Positions 63,969 to 64,000 of a DNA stretch of 64,000 bases are shown here, one piece after another (positions within the stretch are counted from its first letter, which is position 1; each line of letters begins with the position of its first letter). Origin of the DNA: Styela clava (Eukaryota). The notes beneath the pieces are model-generated. The model searched no databases, was not told the origin of the DNA, and saw nothing but the letters and a program-made list of their open reading frames with translations. The stretch spans positions 20,956,001 to 21,020,000 of the forward strand of contig NC_135251.1 of assembly GCF_964204865.1 (NCBI RefSeq). Direction: 5' to 3'. A program made the position numbers and the translations under genes.

Positions 63969-64000
63969 TTGTCTGTATGTCTGTCTGTCTGTCTGTCTGT
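63969..64000. repeat. (TGTC)n microsatellite
   Basis: tgtctgtatgtctgtctgtctgtctgtctgt at the window end. Confidence 0.9.

Overview
AT-rich, intron-rich animal genomic DNA with GT-AG introns; the repeat landscape suggests an invertebrate chordate such as an ascidian (inference only). Hand-splicing resolves two gene arrays. (1) Four paralogous DPP4/FAP-family (peptidase S9B) genes. One is on the minus strand and runs off the left edge (13 exons seen, 44-6639); three are complete 19-exon genes on the plus strand (8813-18389, 21999-29549, 32158-40214). (2) Two head-to-head ornithine-decarboxylase-like (group IV PLP decarboxylase) genes (42550-46096 minus, 58307-62126 plus), with the remains of a third ODC copy, a decayed Gypsy retrotransposon and a four-layer transposon nest between them. 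The main signal is that both families keep their catalytic residues but have rewritten their substrate-recognition residues. The three complete DPP4-like copies keep Ser-Asp-His and the proline S1 pocket but carry GRSYGG, D663H and H740-R; all four copies lack the R125/E205-E206 N-terminal amine clamp. Both ODC-like copies keep K69/C360/D361 but have divergent specificity helices. This is a candidate lineage-specific cluster of neofunctionalised enzymes (hypothesis). Also seen: a Penelope-type element with a minimal hammerhead ribozyme inside a 189-nt foldback, a GT>TT donor lesion in the fourth peptidase gene, and an exon-limited gene-conversion tract between the two ODC copies. Residue numbers refer to human DPP4/ODC1, are recalled from knowledge and come from by-eye alignment.
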